From Dicyema japonicum (Eukaryota > Animalia > Dicyemida), in contig RDEW01000017.1 of assembly GCA_011109175.1 (NCBI GenBank), positions 62,001 to 126,000 of the forward strand: DNA of 64,000 bases, read 5' to 3'. The notes beneath the pieces were generated by a model that saw nothing but the letters and a program-made list of their open reading frames with translations, did no database searches and was not told the DNA's origin. The position numbers and the translations under genes were made by a program. Of this stretch, positions 14,230-27,388 are shown one piece after another. Each line of letters begins with the position of its first letter. Position 1 is the stretch's first letter.

Positions 14230-15060
14230 ACACTCCCCGAAGACACAACGAAGCAGAGTAATTGGGATGACATTGTCTGCTCCAAAACTTTGGAAGACCT
14301 TAAAAAAGAAGCAAATCAACATCGTCTGGCTTGTTTGATGTCAGCTTCAAGTAGAGGGAGTGGAGCATGGCTTGGTGCAATACCTTGCCCAAACCTCGGG
14401 ACCTTTTTGGACGACGATTCTTTGAGGATTGGAATCGGACAAAGGCTGGGACTAGACGTTTGCCAGGAGCACCGATGCCGATGCGGGAAAACAGTCGATG
14501 CGAAAAAATTGCACCCGCTCTCCTGCAGAAGAAGCGCCGGAAGGGGACCACGTCATGCTGCTTTGAATGATGTGATCGTCAGAGCTCTGAAGGCTTCAGG
14601 CTTCCCAGCACAGCTTGAACCAGTGGGTCTTGATCGAGGAGATGGGAAGAGACCTGACGGGATGACCCTTTTCCCCTTCACGTCTGGAAGATCTTTGGTC
14701 TGGGACGCAACTTGCATAGACACGTTCTCAAGCACGAACATTTTTAAATCTGTTCAGACACCTGGAGCAGCTGCTTCGACTGCGGAAAACCTAAAAATCA
14801 AGAAATATTCTTGCCTCGGGGATCGCTACCGATTTACTCCTGTTGCGACCGAATCATCGGGAGCCGTTGGTCCAATGACGGCTGAATTCTTGCAAGAACT
14901 CGGAGGATTGCTTGCCAGAAAGAAAAGGGATCAACGAGGAGGGTTATGACTAAGATAAACGATCGGAATAGCCATACTCCGAGGGAACTCGTTCGCAATC
15001 CACGCAGCAGGCTTCCTCAACTGACATTTGTTTAATTGTTAAAAAAATTAATTAAAAAAA
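14230..15060 (+). mobile_element. CRE-clade non-LTR retrotransposon, 3' part (zinc knuckle plus RLE), lightly decayed
   Basis: ORF 14290-14949 has SGAWLGAIP, CRCGKTVDAKKLHPLSC, RHAALNDVI, DGKRPDG, LVWDATC. Stops TGA 14947 and a following TAA precede IGIAILRGNS; A-rich tail at about 15040-15070. Confidence 0.88.
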
Positions 15061-15149
15061 TAATAATTTACAAAAAACTGAATCAAGGCATTAATACCAA
15101 TATTTTTGGGAGTTAGATTAAATTATATATATTCCGTCCAAAAGAAGTT

Positions 15150-16900
15150 AAGGAACCATATTGTCCTCAATTTGCGAAATTTAATTTTAGATTATTGATC
15201 TTTGACTATTAACTTGGATCAGTCTCCCAGTGTTTTTAAAAATTTACTCATTTCGAATCCTCTCTGTATAAAAATTGTCATTTCCTCAAAAATCAGTCTT
15301 CAAAGTTGTTAATTGATCGTAAGATGAGGTAATGGCATACCTCTATCGGACGAAATGTCCACTTAGCTACATGGTGAATGAAAGCCCGTGTCCTTATCGT
15401 GAAAATGCACGAGGAACGTCTCAGGAGACATCAGAAACCTTATGTCTTGAATAAAATAAGAGTCGGATGTATCAGAGTTTGAATTTCGTTAAAAATTGCA
15501 AGAACTTGATGTGATTTTATGTGTGATACTAATAAGCGATAAAAATCAGAGTATGAGAGAGAAGGTCAATCAATAAAATCAAAATCTTTGACAGGGGAGT
15601 AATTGTGATTCTTTAGCTGTCATATGGAATTTTCGCCGCGTAAAGATGAACCACGCCGACACAATAGGAAGTTCCTATAAATTGACATATTGAACCCGAA
15701 TATTGGTCCATCCGTTGTTTTCAAAACCTGGAATTTCTGTTGTCCCCCAAGACCTTTTTCATTATTTTATAGCAAAGCAAACATCTCAACTTCTCAAGCC
15801 TCCAAACATGTACTAAAGTCAAATACGAGACAATCGACAAATCTCTAAGAGTAATAGAATCTGTATCTCTCCATAATGTCTCTTGCTCTAAACAGACTCA
15901 AAATTCTGATCAGAGATGGCGTGTTTGTAACATTTGCTGTAGAAATTATTCATATTATTAAAAATATGTTCGTATTCCTCATCCTCCACTCGCTCTAAAC
16001 AGACTCAAAATTCTGATCAGAGATGGCGTGTTTGTAACATTTGCTGTAGAAATTATTCATATTATTAAAAATATGTTCGTATTCCTCATCCTCCACTCGT
16101 CTAATATTCTCCATATGAAACAAATTAATGTCACACAGATCTTCCCAGGTCACTTTAATCATTAAATAACATCACGTGGGAACGAAGCGTCAAAAGTCAT
16201 CATCACGGAAATCTTCGAACTCTCCTTTTCGTAGGCTCAAACGACTCAGTCAAGCAAGTAGAATCCATAACAATCAGTTTAATCCTCATCACAATATATC
16301 TCCCAGTCATAAATGACTGAGTCCTCCCAACAGTCTACAATACATTTGCACTCCCGTCAGCGAAATGTAGCACTCTTCTAGCACACCTCTGCCATATAAC
16401 TTCTTACATTGTCATAATCACACAAATTCTGTCAAAATCACCCTCCAATTGAGTGTATAGACTCGTTGAATGGTCCACACTGGCATTCGTGTCCCCCTTT
16501 TTCTTCTCGATACAGTTGTAGTACATCTACATGTGGTTAATAAACCACTACAGATTCCTCTCTTCCCTCTGTTACTAGCATTTCACTCTGGTTGGCCTCT
16601 TTCGATCAGCTCTCCCAATTCGTTAATAAATCGAATAGGTGGCTTAAATCAACTGTCCTTACGTCAATTCCCTCCTTACATCTTCTCCAACACACGTGGA
16701 CATCAATTTGTTATAATCACCACGTCTGAATGACTCCATTACCTTCCAGTAAGAAGCAAACCACCTCTAATTGGTTTTTCTGAGTCATTTTATGAGTGAT
16801 TAGAAAGATAGAAATTGGAGATGGGTATCATAAGACACGTTCTGGCTGTGTACTGTTGGGAATTGCACTGCCTGCACATGGCAGATTTCAGAAAAATTAT
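15150..16900 (-). pseudogene. Heavily decayed micro-intron-containing gene of unknown identity
   Basis: Minus strand alternates coding-like blocks (e.g. TVDLSHLFDLLTNWES; IRRVEDEEYEHIFNNMNNFYSKCYKHAISDQNFES) with 21-25 nt GT..AG segments; many stops; family not recognised. Confidence 0.3.
15886..16099. repeat. Perfect 107-bp tandem duplication
   Basis: ctctaaacagactc...ctccactcg at 15886-15992 and 15993-16099. Confidence 0.93.
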
Positions 16901-17039
16901 TCATTAATGCAATGCAAAAATTAGTCTAAGATTAATCAATTTTTTATAAATATTATTTTATTGATTTCTATATTTAAAATTACTGACAATAACCCGCTCT
17001 TTATGAGGAGCCTACAAAAACATAAGTTAATGAACACTC

Positions 17040-19700
17040 CGAGAACCAGTGTGAACTTCTCAAAGGCAATGTGGCCCGCCTCACACATTTTACCGAACTA
17101 CACCTCCACAGGCCTTCCGGATAGATAACTTCGGATTTATCGACGTGCTGCCAAATACCTCAACGAGATTATACTCCGAGCTTGCAAAAGATACATTCGG
17201 ATGGGTCGTCCTCAGCGTGCATCACACCAAATTGATGCTGAAACGCGAGATCTAATCCAACGAGAAATAAGCTGAAGAATTTCGAAAGACAATCAGTGGA
17301 CGTAAATGAAAGGACATCAAAACTGAACAAATAAATCACGCGGAACATCACAAAACACAAAAAAGAACGTTGGGAAGCCTTGCTCAGAAAAGCTACGAAC
17401 AATAATTCCCTACTGTATTACGGAAATCGATAAGGANAAATTATTGGTTCAAAAGACCTGGATGTTAGTTATGGCAATGGTCGAAGGAATAAATGATCCA
17501 ACATGAATTTTTCGACCCTTAAATGGTTCACTCGGTAATCAGGTGCATAAGTAACTCGTCGTCCCGCGGTTCAGATGACATCTCCATTCTCCAACTGAAA
17601 CACCTGTGTCCTTCCACGACGGCCGCAATAACAAAAATTTTCTACCTCTCAAAAAATGAATACAAAATTCCGTCAAAATGGAAGAAATCTATGATACACC
17701 NNNNNNNNNNNNNNNNNNNNNNNNNNNNNNNNNNNNNNNNNNNNNNNNNNNNNNNNNNNNNNNNNNNNNNNNNNNNNNNNNNNNNNNNNNNNNNNNNNNN
17801 NNNNNNNNNNNNNNNNNNNNNNNNNNNNNNNNNNNNNNNNNNNNNNNNNNNNNNNNNNNNNNNNNNNNNNNNNNNNNNNNNNNNNNNNNNNNNNNNNNNN
17901 NNNNNNNNNNNNNNNNNNNNNNNNNNNNNNNNNNNNNNNNNNNTTTTGTCTGCAAATATAAACAGTACTTCACACGTGCAGGTGATCCACATGAAACCAA
18001 TGAAACCTTATGTATAAGGGGTGAATAATAAGGCCCTAAATGTTAACTAGGGAGAGGGATCTCCGTTCTCGATCTGAATCATCTGGGATCTTCGGAGACG
18101 GTGGCAATAACACAAATTCCGATAAACGAGAGCAAGATTCCGTTATTATGGAAGAAATCACTGAAGCACCCTATCCTTAAGAAAACAAACCACCTAAATG
18201 TCCGTCATCATACCGACATATATCCATCATCTGTGTGTTTTCGCGGGTGTTCGAAAAACTGTCCCTTCTATATCAATCATCTGTGTTTTCAAGATCCGTC
18301 TTTCGTAACTATACTTTCTTTCTATACGGANGGGACGGTGGCAATAACACAAATTCCGATAAACGAGAGCAAGATTCCGTTAATATGGAAGAAATCACTG
18401 ATGCACCCTATCCTTAAGAAAACAAACCACCTAACTGTCCGTCATAATACAGACATATATCAATCATCTGTGTTTTCAAGATCCGTCTTTCGTAACTATA
18501 CTTTCTTTCTATACGGATTCCGAGAAGGACACTCAACAACAACTCATTAAAAAACTGATCCAATTCATTTCGGACGGCTTGAATACCCCAAATCCACACG
18601 GAAGAACTGTCCTGGTCTCATTGGATGTAGAGAAGGCTTTTGACTCATGATCTTTACGGCAAAACTTTTTATGACGTCTATCCACCCTAAATTCAAGTCA
18701 TAGTTGGCTAACTTCATCAACGGTCGAATGGGCCAAGTGGTGGGAAACAACTAAAAATCAAAACCGTGATACCTTCCAATGTTGTGTTGAACCCTCGTCA
18801 CAAAGATCACCGTTGTCACCAATGCTATTCAATATTTTCACCATTCCCAACCATCAAAAATTCAATTCTTCTATTTTGTGATCTCATGATTGCAGCGAAT
18901 CATAGAAGAGTTNAGTGAAACATCGAAGAATCGAAGCGACACGATCCGTGCAAGAAATATTAAACTTGATGGGTCTTTGGTTCTTGAGGAAGTGTCTAAA
19001 TATATCACCAGGAAATTCACATTACGAACTTACGGGCAACACCACGAATATCATTATTTGATTCCCTACTTCCCATTAAGAAGACTTTTTCAATCCTCGG
19101 AGTCATCCTGGATCCCCTACTCACATTTACTTATCAAGTGGACCTAGTAACCATGATGATTCAAAAGAAAATTGGAATGCTTAAGGTTTCACTCACTTTC
19201 CAATATTTTCTCGCCTATCGTTAGAGCTTCTATACAAACAATTTGTTCTACCTAGTATCGAGTACGCCTGTACTGCATGGATTGCCCCTTATCAATATCG
19301 GCACAGAGCAAGCTGGAGGTTTTACAAAATCGATGTCTCAGAATACTATTGAGATCGTCGAAAAAGACGTCCACCTCGTTACTACGGAGAACACTAAACG
19401 TCCCCCAATCATGGAATACTTTACGGAATATCACCGGAACTTCTTTAATGTGGCAAAGTCCCCTGACCATCCCCTCGGACCGCTCATCAAACTATATGTG
19501 GACGCCTGCCCGAGATATGAGAAAAAACCTNGACTATATATGGACGCCTGCCCGAGATATGAGAAAAAACCTTCCCCGCTGTGGAGATTAATCCAGGACT
19601 CCAAAACTAACGGCAGAAATGGACTGGTATGGACACCAGGATCACTTAAATAGACGATAACTTTTATCCTCTTTCTCGTGATTTCGGGGTTAATAAAATA
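17040..19700 (+). mobile_element. Degenerate APE-type LINE sequence (EN-RT linker, RT, 3' end), fragmented by a gap and n-joins
   Basis: KLNK.ITRNITKHKKERWEALL; DDISILQLKHL...KIPSKWKKS; TVLVSLDVEKAFDS; SPLSPMLFNI; 3' end cggggttaataaaa at 19685-19697. Confidence 0.8.
17701..17943. other. Scaffold gap (243 N)
   Basis: Run of n bases. Confidence 1.
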
Positions 19701-19726
19701 AAAAAAATAAAAATATTTAAAATTCA

Positions 19727-20159
19727 TGTGGACGCCCTGAATTTTTATGGTGACCCCGTTGAAAAATGCTGATCTAGACCTAACGATACCACACATCACT
19801 CCAAGGCCTCCCCGTTCATTGCTCAAGTTGAAAATTGGTCTGCAATCTACGGTTTCCGCATGACAAGAATAAAATTCTCACTTGAGTGAATGAAGCACCC
19901 ATAACTGAAAGAAAACATTATCTATGAACTTTAAAATTGGANTGTGGACACCCTGAATTTTTATGGTGACCCCGTTGAAAAATGCTGATATAGACCTAAC
20001 GATACCACACATCACTCCAAGGCCTCCCCGTTCATTGCTCAAGTTGAAAATTGGTCTGCAATCTACGGTTTCCGCATGACAAGAATCAAATTCTCACTTG
20101 AGTGAATGAAGCTCCCATAACTGAAAGAAGACATTATATATGAACTTGAAAATTGGAAT
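19727..20159. repeat. About 215-bp near-duplicate on either side of a single n
   Basis: tgtggac.ccctgaattttt...aaattgga occurs twice, n at 19942, about 8 substitutions between copies. Confidence 0.85.
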
Positions 20160-20439
20160 AAATTCGCATGCTTTGCTGATAACTATTTGATGGAACTTCT
20201 CAAGTACGACTTCCTCGCAAGTGAGCTTTCGCTTCTCTACGATTGTCAAGTAATGATTATCCTATGACCTGAGATGGATTTGTCCCAAAATGCTTCAAAA
20301 ACTATATGAATAAGCTATTTGTTGACGGAGCAACGAGAACTTACATCCAGTTAGTTGTATTGAAAAGGACTCCCGAAAGTATGGGGAATAACAAGGAGTT
20401 GTTGGCATACTCTTCTAAGAAAAGTAGAGGGATTACCAG

Positions 20440-21535
20440 CAATATGACCAAATAATTTACATGTAGCGACCACTGGCTATCACTGCATTATCAAAGTTTG
20501 AAGGACCTCACTGAGCCAGACACTCAGAATTCAATAATAGTTAAGGTGGATATCCGCAATGCTTTCAATAGGAATCATAGTTATGGAATCACAGAGGCGA
20601 GTGTTTCCAGTATTCAGTAATCAGCAGGATTGTAAACCTCTCGTATGGTTCGCCATGAACGATGATTTTCTGCAACACATCCTCGAATCCAGGAAAAGAC
20701 TCACCCTTCCGGCTTTCTTATTTTCTGTAAACGCTTCTACTGGTGTCATGGGCCAGATCCTACCCTTAGCAAGCTGAACCAGTAGCATGAGTCGCTCAGG
20801 AATTTTGGAAGTTTTTAAGTCTGGGAGAACGCTGTTAAATAACAACATTGGGATAAACTGTTATGTTCAGAAACTATTGATGAAAACCGGAACTTTACTA
20901 ACATTATCTGGCATGCATAACTTTTGCATTTACGAATGAATGTGGTGCATGGATCAGAGCCTTCCCATGCATCTGACTCGGGACGACATTATGATAATTG
21001 GAGTTTGTGTCCGTCTCGGAGTGGATGTATGCGTGGGCCACCGCTTTAGACGTGGAAGGATGGTCGATGCTAAAGGTCTTCACGCTCTCTTCTGTCAGAG
21101 AAACGTTGGACGAAATCCAAAGCACAGAGAAACCGCCGGATTCCTGGTTCAGTTGAAGCCTCTCAGACTGACCTCAGCAAAAAATACCTGACGGAACTCT
21201 TTTCCCATGTGATAATGGTAAATATTTCGCTTGGGACGCCAGCTGTGTAGATGTCCTCTCCCCTTCCAACCTTGCTATGACGTCAATTCACAAAGGATCT
21301 GAAGCGGAGATGGCCAAGAGCCTAAAGAAAAAGAAATGCGATGGACTTTTGAACCAGACGTTGTCGAAAAGTCGGGAGTCATTGGAAGCAGATCACTAAT
21401 TCTGCTGAACCGCATAGGATTCCTTATAGCAAGAAGAAAAATGATAAGAGAATGAGCTGGCTTAATGAGTGCATTTTCTTACTAAAATCGTCAGGGGAAA
21501 TTTGTTTTCAATTCTTAGAGCGATTAGCCTTGACT
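20440..21535 (+). mobile_element. Degenerate CRE-clade element (RT plus RLE remnants)
   Basis: VKVDIRNAFN (RT), IGVCVRLGVDVC...VDAKGLHALFCQRNVGR, then W/D motifs and the RGN 3' motif, all with frameshifts. Confidence 0.7.
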
Positions 21536-21559
21536 GAAAGGAACTTTATTTTATATAAT

Positions 21560-22020
21560 AAAAGAACATTTAGTAGTCGTTCATAGCAAGGTTGTCCCAA
21601 TAATCTTCACTTGGGATGGTCTGGTGACATCTTACTTTGAATATTTGTCTCATTGAATATATGCGAGTGGAAATATGCTTATAATATCACTTAAGAAGAC
21701 CATGGAGAGTTTGATTGTTTCATGTAGACAACGAATCAGCCCTTCGGAGACGATCCAGATAAGTTGGTGACGAGGCTCTTGAGTTCAATGACTCTCTTAG
21801 TCAAGTGAGAAGAGTTAGTCATATAAGTAAACTTGGAGTAGATGGATATTTAGTTTACTATTTCTTCTGCAAAAATTTGGATTGAATTTATACTTAATTA
21901 TGATAATGGTTCCCTTACGCATGCTTCGCTGGAATTCTAGAGTCGAATTTCTGCACGAAGAGGAGATCCCCATGAACGCTGCTAATTATTTGAACGAAAG
22001 GGAATAGCCACACAGTCAGG
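21560..22020 (-). mobile_element. Highly degenerate LINE RT C-terminal relic
   Basis: Minus-strand fragments resemble a post-RT region; many stops. Confidence 0.3.
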
Positions 22021-22275
22021 ACTGCTACTGTATTATTTTGTTGTTTATTTTGACAATAAAAATTCATTTAATTAAAAAATTATGATAATTTACTGAATTT
22101 AATAATGAAAAATTTGTTTTTGTGAAAAATACTTTATCGTTTAAAAACTAGTTTGTGATAAAAAAAAAAAGTTTATTTATAAAAAAATTAGTAAAGCATT
22201 AACAGTAGTATAAAGTTGAATAAACAAAAAACAACGAATAAAGAAAACGAAAAATAATAAACTAACAAAAATGAT

Positions 22276-23636
22276 TTAGGTAGCCTCTTCATCCTCATCC
22301 TCATACACATCCTCTTCATCAATAGCCACATCTCGGTACTGTTGATGCTCGACCACCAAATCATGCATATTAGAATCCACCTCAGTGAATTCCATCTCAT
22401 CCATTCCCTTTCCCGTATACCAATGCAGGAAAGCCTTCCTTCTGAACATTAAATTAAACTGTTCTGATATTCTCTTAAATATCTCCTGAATGGTAGTAGT
22501 GTTGCCTATGAAGATCCCAGACATCTTCAATCCACGTGGGGGGTTATCACACACCGCCGTCTTCACATTATTCGGAATCCACTCTACAAAATAACTGCTG
22601 TTCTTAGTCTGAATATTCAGAATCTGCTCGTCTACATCTTTCATTGACATTTTCCCTCGGTAGATTACAGCCGCGGTAAGATACCGTCCATGGCGCGGAT
22701 CACATGCTGCCATCATGTTCTTGGAATCAAACATCTGTTGGGTTATCTCTGCCACTGTCACTAAAATGTACTGCTGAGAACATTTGGAGGTCAAAGGAGC
22801 GAATCCAGGAACAAAATAATGAAGTCGACGAAACGGAACCATATTCACGGCCAATTTACGTAAATCCGCATTCAATTGACATGGAAATCTCAAGCATGCG
22901 GCAACTCCTGACATTGTGGAAGACACAAGGTGGTTCAGGTCCCCGTATGTAGGAGTAACAAAACGTAGGGTTCTTAAACAAATGTCGTAGAGGGCCTCAT
23001 TGTCAATACAGTATGTCTGATCGGTATACTCTATCAATTGGTGGATGGAAAGGGCAGCGTTGTACGGTTCTACCACTGTGTCGCTCACTTTAGGTAATGG
23101 CATCACGGAAAAAGTGCTCATTACACGGTCGGGATACTCTTCCCTCACTTTGTGGATGATCAGTGAGCCCATTCCAGAATCTGTTCCGCCTCCGAGTGAA
23201 TAAGTAAGCTGGAAGCCCTGCATAGCGTCACAGGATTCAGCTTCCATACGTAGTACCTCAAGAACTAACTCCACTAGTTCCGCTCCTTCCGTGTAATGTC
23301 CTTTGGCCCAGTTGTTTCCGGCTACTGATTGTCCAAAGACGAAATTATCGGGGCGGAAGATCTGCCCGAAAGGTCCATTACGGACTGCATCCATTGTACC
23401 AGGTTCTAGATCCACTAGGATCGCACGTGGGACGTATTTGCCTCTTGAAGCTTCGTTGTAGTAGACATTTATCCTCTCTAGTTGTAGATATGAATCACCA
23501 AAGTAGGACCCTGAAGGGTCTATGCCATGCTCATCAGATATGACTTCCCAGAACTTAGAATTAGCTCATATAAAGCTACCTTTGAACCAATCTGGTTACC
23601 GCATTGACCAACCTGAATATGTAAGATTTCACGCAA
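22276..23636 (-). CDS. TUBB: Beta-tubulin, two exons (23580-23636, 22276-23553); TTG where ATG is expected; divergent, possibly a decaying paralog
   Basis: [19 protein letters not shown] | 26-nt intron 23554-23579 | [13 protein letters not shown]...[11 protein letters not shown]..., acidic tail, TAA at 22276. The frame is open throughout. Confidence 0.95.
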
Positions 23637-23799
23637 GTTATTTGATCTTTTCTATAATTCCCCGCTATTTATTGGTTTACCATTCTAAAAAATAAATCTT
23701 TATTTTATTAAATTTTTATTTATTTTCTGTTAATTATTTAGTTCTAATCGAATAATATTTTAATTTAATTTATTTCTATATTTATTCAACACATCGCTA

Positions 23800-26412
23800 G
23801 GAAAGTCCACCACAGAACAATTATATTTATGTGGTTCACCTCAACGCTTCAGATGGATTTGTTTGTGTCTTGCACAGAACTCAGAAAAAAGAACCACTTA
23901 ATTACTTTATCGGTTCTCATTAAAAGAGTTCCTGGTGGCGATCGTCAAATTGGCACAGAGACCTCGCTCCAATGAGATCCTCCTGACATCTGAAGATATC
24001 GAGCCAAACCCTGGACTGAACAAAATCAGAATCGTACAAATAAACATCAATGGGATCACATCAAAGCACATTGAACTCAGACTATTTGGCGAGACACAAA
24101 ATTGTCATTGCTTTTCTGCAAGAGTTCAGACTATCCATCACCTCAAGAACACCAAGATTTACAGACTACTCAGTACTTTGCTCAGAAACAGCATTTCCCG
24201 CTTCCCATGGTGGTGGGTTTGTCACCCTCATTATTCTGTTAACTGTCACCACCAAGAACATCGTCATGCAAGCCTCGAATAACCACATCGAAGTAATTTC
24301 CATTACCATTGTGTCCTCTCCCTACAATCTCACTAATATGTACATCCCGCCTTGATCATGCTGCCAGAATGGGTACCGTCCCAACCTGGAGTTCTTACTC
24401 AACTTCAATAAAGTTATCATTTTTCTGTGACCTTAATGCTAAAGACCCTCTAAGACTCAGTTATCAGACGCCAGAGGATAATAACTCGTCTTAGAACTCG
24501 AACACCTTGTCAATTAACACAGAAAATGTGTAACTCGTCATGGGATCTAAACATATCCCGTGACCTTTCGATGTGCTCATCCTCGATCGCATCTGATCAC
24601 AACTCTCAGATTACCTATCATCATTGATGTTAGTCTATTTTCATCCGATCATGCTGACCTTCGGAAATTACAGAATGATGAATTGGGATAACTTTACAGC
24701 AGAAATAGAAAAGATCTTGGACGACTTCTTTACATACAAATTCACGTCTCTTTTAACTCTGTTATATTGTCGGAAGACAAGAAATTAATCCCCAAGTCTT
24801 CATCAGGGACTACAAGCCCTATTTAATAATGAAATTCTCTACCTCATTCGTGAAAGGAGACGCTTAAAAAGCTTAAAGATCAATCATCAAAGGGAACAAT
24901 CCTCAACGAATAAACAAATTTCTAAAGTCAACAATAAAAAATGGACTTAATTTATTTCTCACTGACCCAAAATCATAACCTCAGAAATTCTGGAGATTCA
25001 TCAAAGATGTTCAGGTCAGTCAAACTCTTCTCGCTTCCTCTCATGGTCGGATGCTTGATAAAAACAACCGAACTAAAGACTTTCTCCGTAAGGCAAACAA
25101 TTTGATGACCCCTTATCTCAAAGCCAGTCACATTCCAATGTCCAAAGATACTCGACCTAAGAAGGTCAAATCACCACGAGGTACGAGGAGTCATATCCAG
25201 GTTACCGTAACGCTATTCCATGATTTGATCCAAAATGCAAGATACTCTCCCGCCAAAGCCCCTGATGGCCCATGTATCCTCCACTTGAAACACCTCGGAC
25301 CTAACGGACTCAATGCTCTCAAAGCCACTTATGAATTCTCAATCAATTCAAGTTTTATTCCTATGCTGTGGGAGAAATCGATGATTATCCCTTTCTCAAA
25401 GCAACAAGGATTCATCCCCCTTTATCCCACAGACCTATTTGTATTACCTCAGTTGTATCGAAGACTTTGGAAAGGATAGTCTTAAACGAGATTTCAGGCC
25501 ACCTCAACCTTTTCAAATCAAATGACTTTCGTCCTCTTTACTCAACAACCTCACAACAATCCACCTTAACATTGTCGAAGGTTGTAATGATTTGAAACCT
25601 TCCGAAAGAACTGTTCTGGTCTCAATTGATTTCACAAAAGCATTTGACAGCATTACTCATGTAGATTCCTCAAAAAAGATCACTCCGTCAAATATCCCTC
25701 AAGTATGGCAGTTCTGGATCACAAACTTCTCTTTTCGGAAGACTGAGGAAAGCATGTCTTCATTTCCATATGTCCCGATTCCTGTATATTCCCAATGGTT
25801 TTCCTCAGGGATCCGTTTGCTCACCATCACATTTTAATCTATACTTCAGGACATCCCAACGACCTAGAAAACGATACTCCTATCAAAGCTGATGACATGG
25901 AGACAATTTAACCATAGACCGAGTATATACCTCAACAACGAACTTCTCCTAGTGGTTAAATATCCCATATCCTTGGAGTCAGGATTTACACGTCACTCAG
26001 TTTTAACAAATACTTTGAAGTACTTTGCACCAAGGCAAAACGAAAATAAAATATTCTCCGAATTATAGCTGTCCACTCGACCGGGAAGAAAAAGGAGTGT
26101 TTTACCATATTGTACAACCAATTTATTATGAAGGTACTAAACTACGCCTCCCCAAGATAAATCCCTTGACATAGCGCTCTCCCTTCTACTAAAGTTGCAC
26201 CAGGTCCAAAACTCAGCATTAAGTGTTGTAACGGGGTGTTTGAAATCAATTTCCGTGCGGTACTTACATTGAAAGTCGAAAATCCTTTCTTTGGGAGATT
26301 AGCTTGTAATAAAGAACTTAAAATTTCATTGACAATCACCTTCCCGAACAATCTAAGCTTCCCACGTCTTAAATACACATACCTTAGACACTTACAGAGA
26401 ACATTCACTGAT
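23800..26412 (+). mobile_element. Near-full-length degenerate Ingi/Vingi-like LINE (2A-like motif, APE endonuclease, RT)
   Basis: ILLTSEDIEPNPGL directly followed by IRIVQININGI (APE start); LKHLGPNGL, RPICITSVVSKTLERI, VSIDFTKAFD; same family as 37280-39583; many frameshifts. Confidence 0.85.
23977..24018 (+). other. Degenerate 2A/StopGo-like peptide ILLTSEDIEPNPGL
   Basis: Matches the D[V/I]ExNPG-P consensus except G>E before D and final P>L (one base change each). Confidence 0.75.
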
Positions 26413-26650
26413 ATCCAAAGAACACTAAAGAAAAAGACCAAACCTGGACAAAATGGAGACATGGTAACATGCCAACTGATCAAAGGTTCGGAAAGTTATG
26501 GGACAAAATCTGTTCTGAAGAAATTCTGGAAACAGAAACGAAAAAAGAATTACAAAAAGTTAGCACAAAATCTGGTAGAATTTATTAATGAAGTTTTCAC
26601 AAGAAGGCTAGCCAATATAAAGACTTAAAAATGTAAATAAAAACTGATTT

Positions 26651-26984
26651 TACTTGTAGCTATAGAAACACAATGAGGTTTCATGAACCACACGTGACTC
26701 AGTAGATTACAATAATTTTTTGATAACAAAATTTTATTGACTCAAATTTTACCGGTAAACGGTTTATAGCAAAAATAATTAAATTAATATAGGAGCTTGA
26801 ATGGCCAGGTTTTCCTCTACTTGTTGCTATAGAAACACAATGAGGTTTCATGTACCACACGTGACTCAGTAGATTACAATAATTTTTTGATAACAAAATT
26901 TTATTGACTCAAATTTTACCGGTAAACGGTTTATAGCAAAAATAATTAAATTAATATAGGAGCTTGAATGGCCAGGTTTTCCTC
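26651..26984. repeat. 167-bp tandem duplication (2 mismatches) in the left arm only
   Basis: tacttgt.gctatagaaac...ttttcctc at 26651-26817 and 26818-26984; contains cacgtgactca. Confidence 0.92.
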
Positions 26985-27388
26985 TGATAATAGCTATCGA
27001 GATAGGCATCCAGTCTCATGTGATCCTTGGTGACCTTTGGATCATTGAGTCCATCTAATGCCATGTGGCGCCTACGTTAGTGTGGTACTATGTGGCTAAT
27101 TGAATTAAGATCCGACAGATTAGATCGTAGATCACTACTAAATAAGCAATCAGTAAGGTTATTTTTGTGAACCAGAAAAGTTGACTAATTTGAGATTCCA
27201 CTTTTGCCATGCATCTCTGGATACGGGCTGTAAGTCGTTTCCATCCTCCATTGATTCTCCATATAATGTAAATAAATTATTATATAATATATTAAATAAT
27301 TAATTATTCAACAAAAATAATAATAATATATAATAATTTTTGTTATCTTAAATAGTAGAATTTCGCAATTTATTATCTTTTTGGTGAA

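Noticed and set aside
17523-18028. ORF-track ORFs containing X runs
   Set aside because: Artefacts of translating across the N gap; the flanks are LINE RT fragments.
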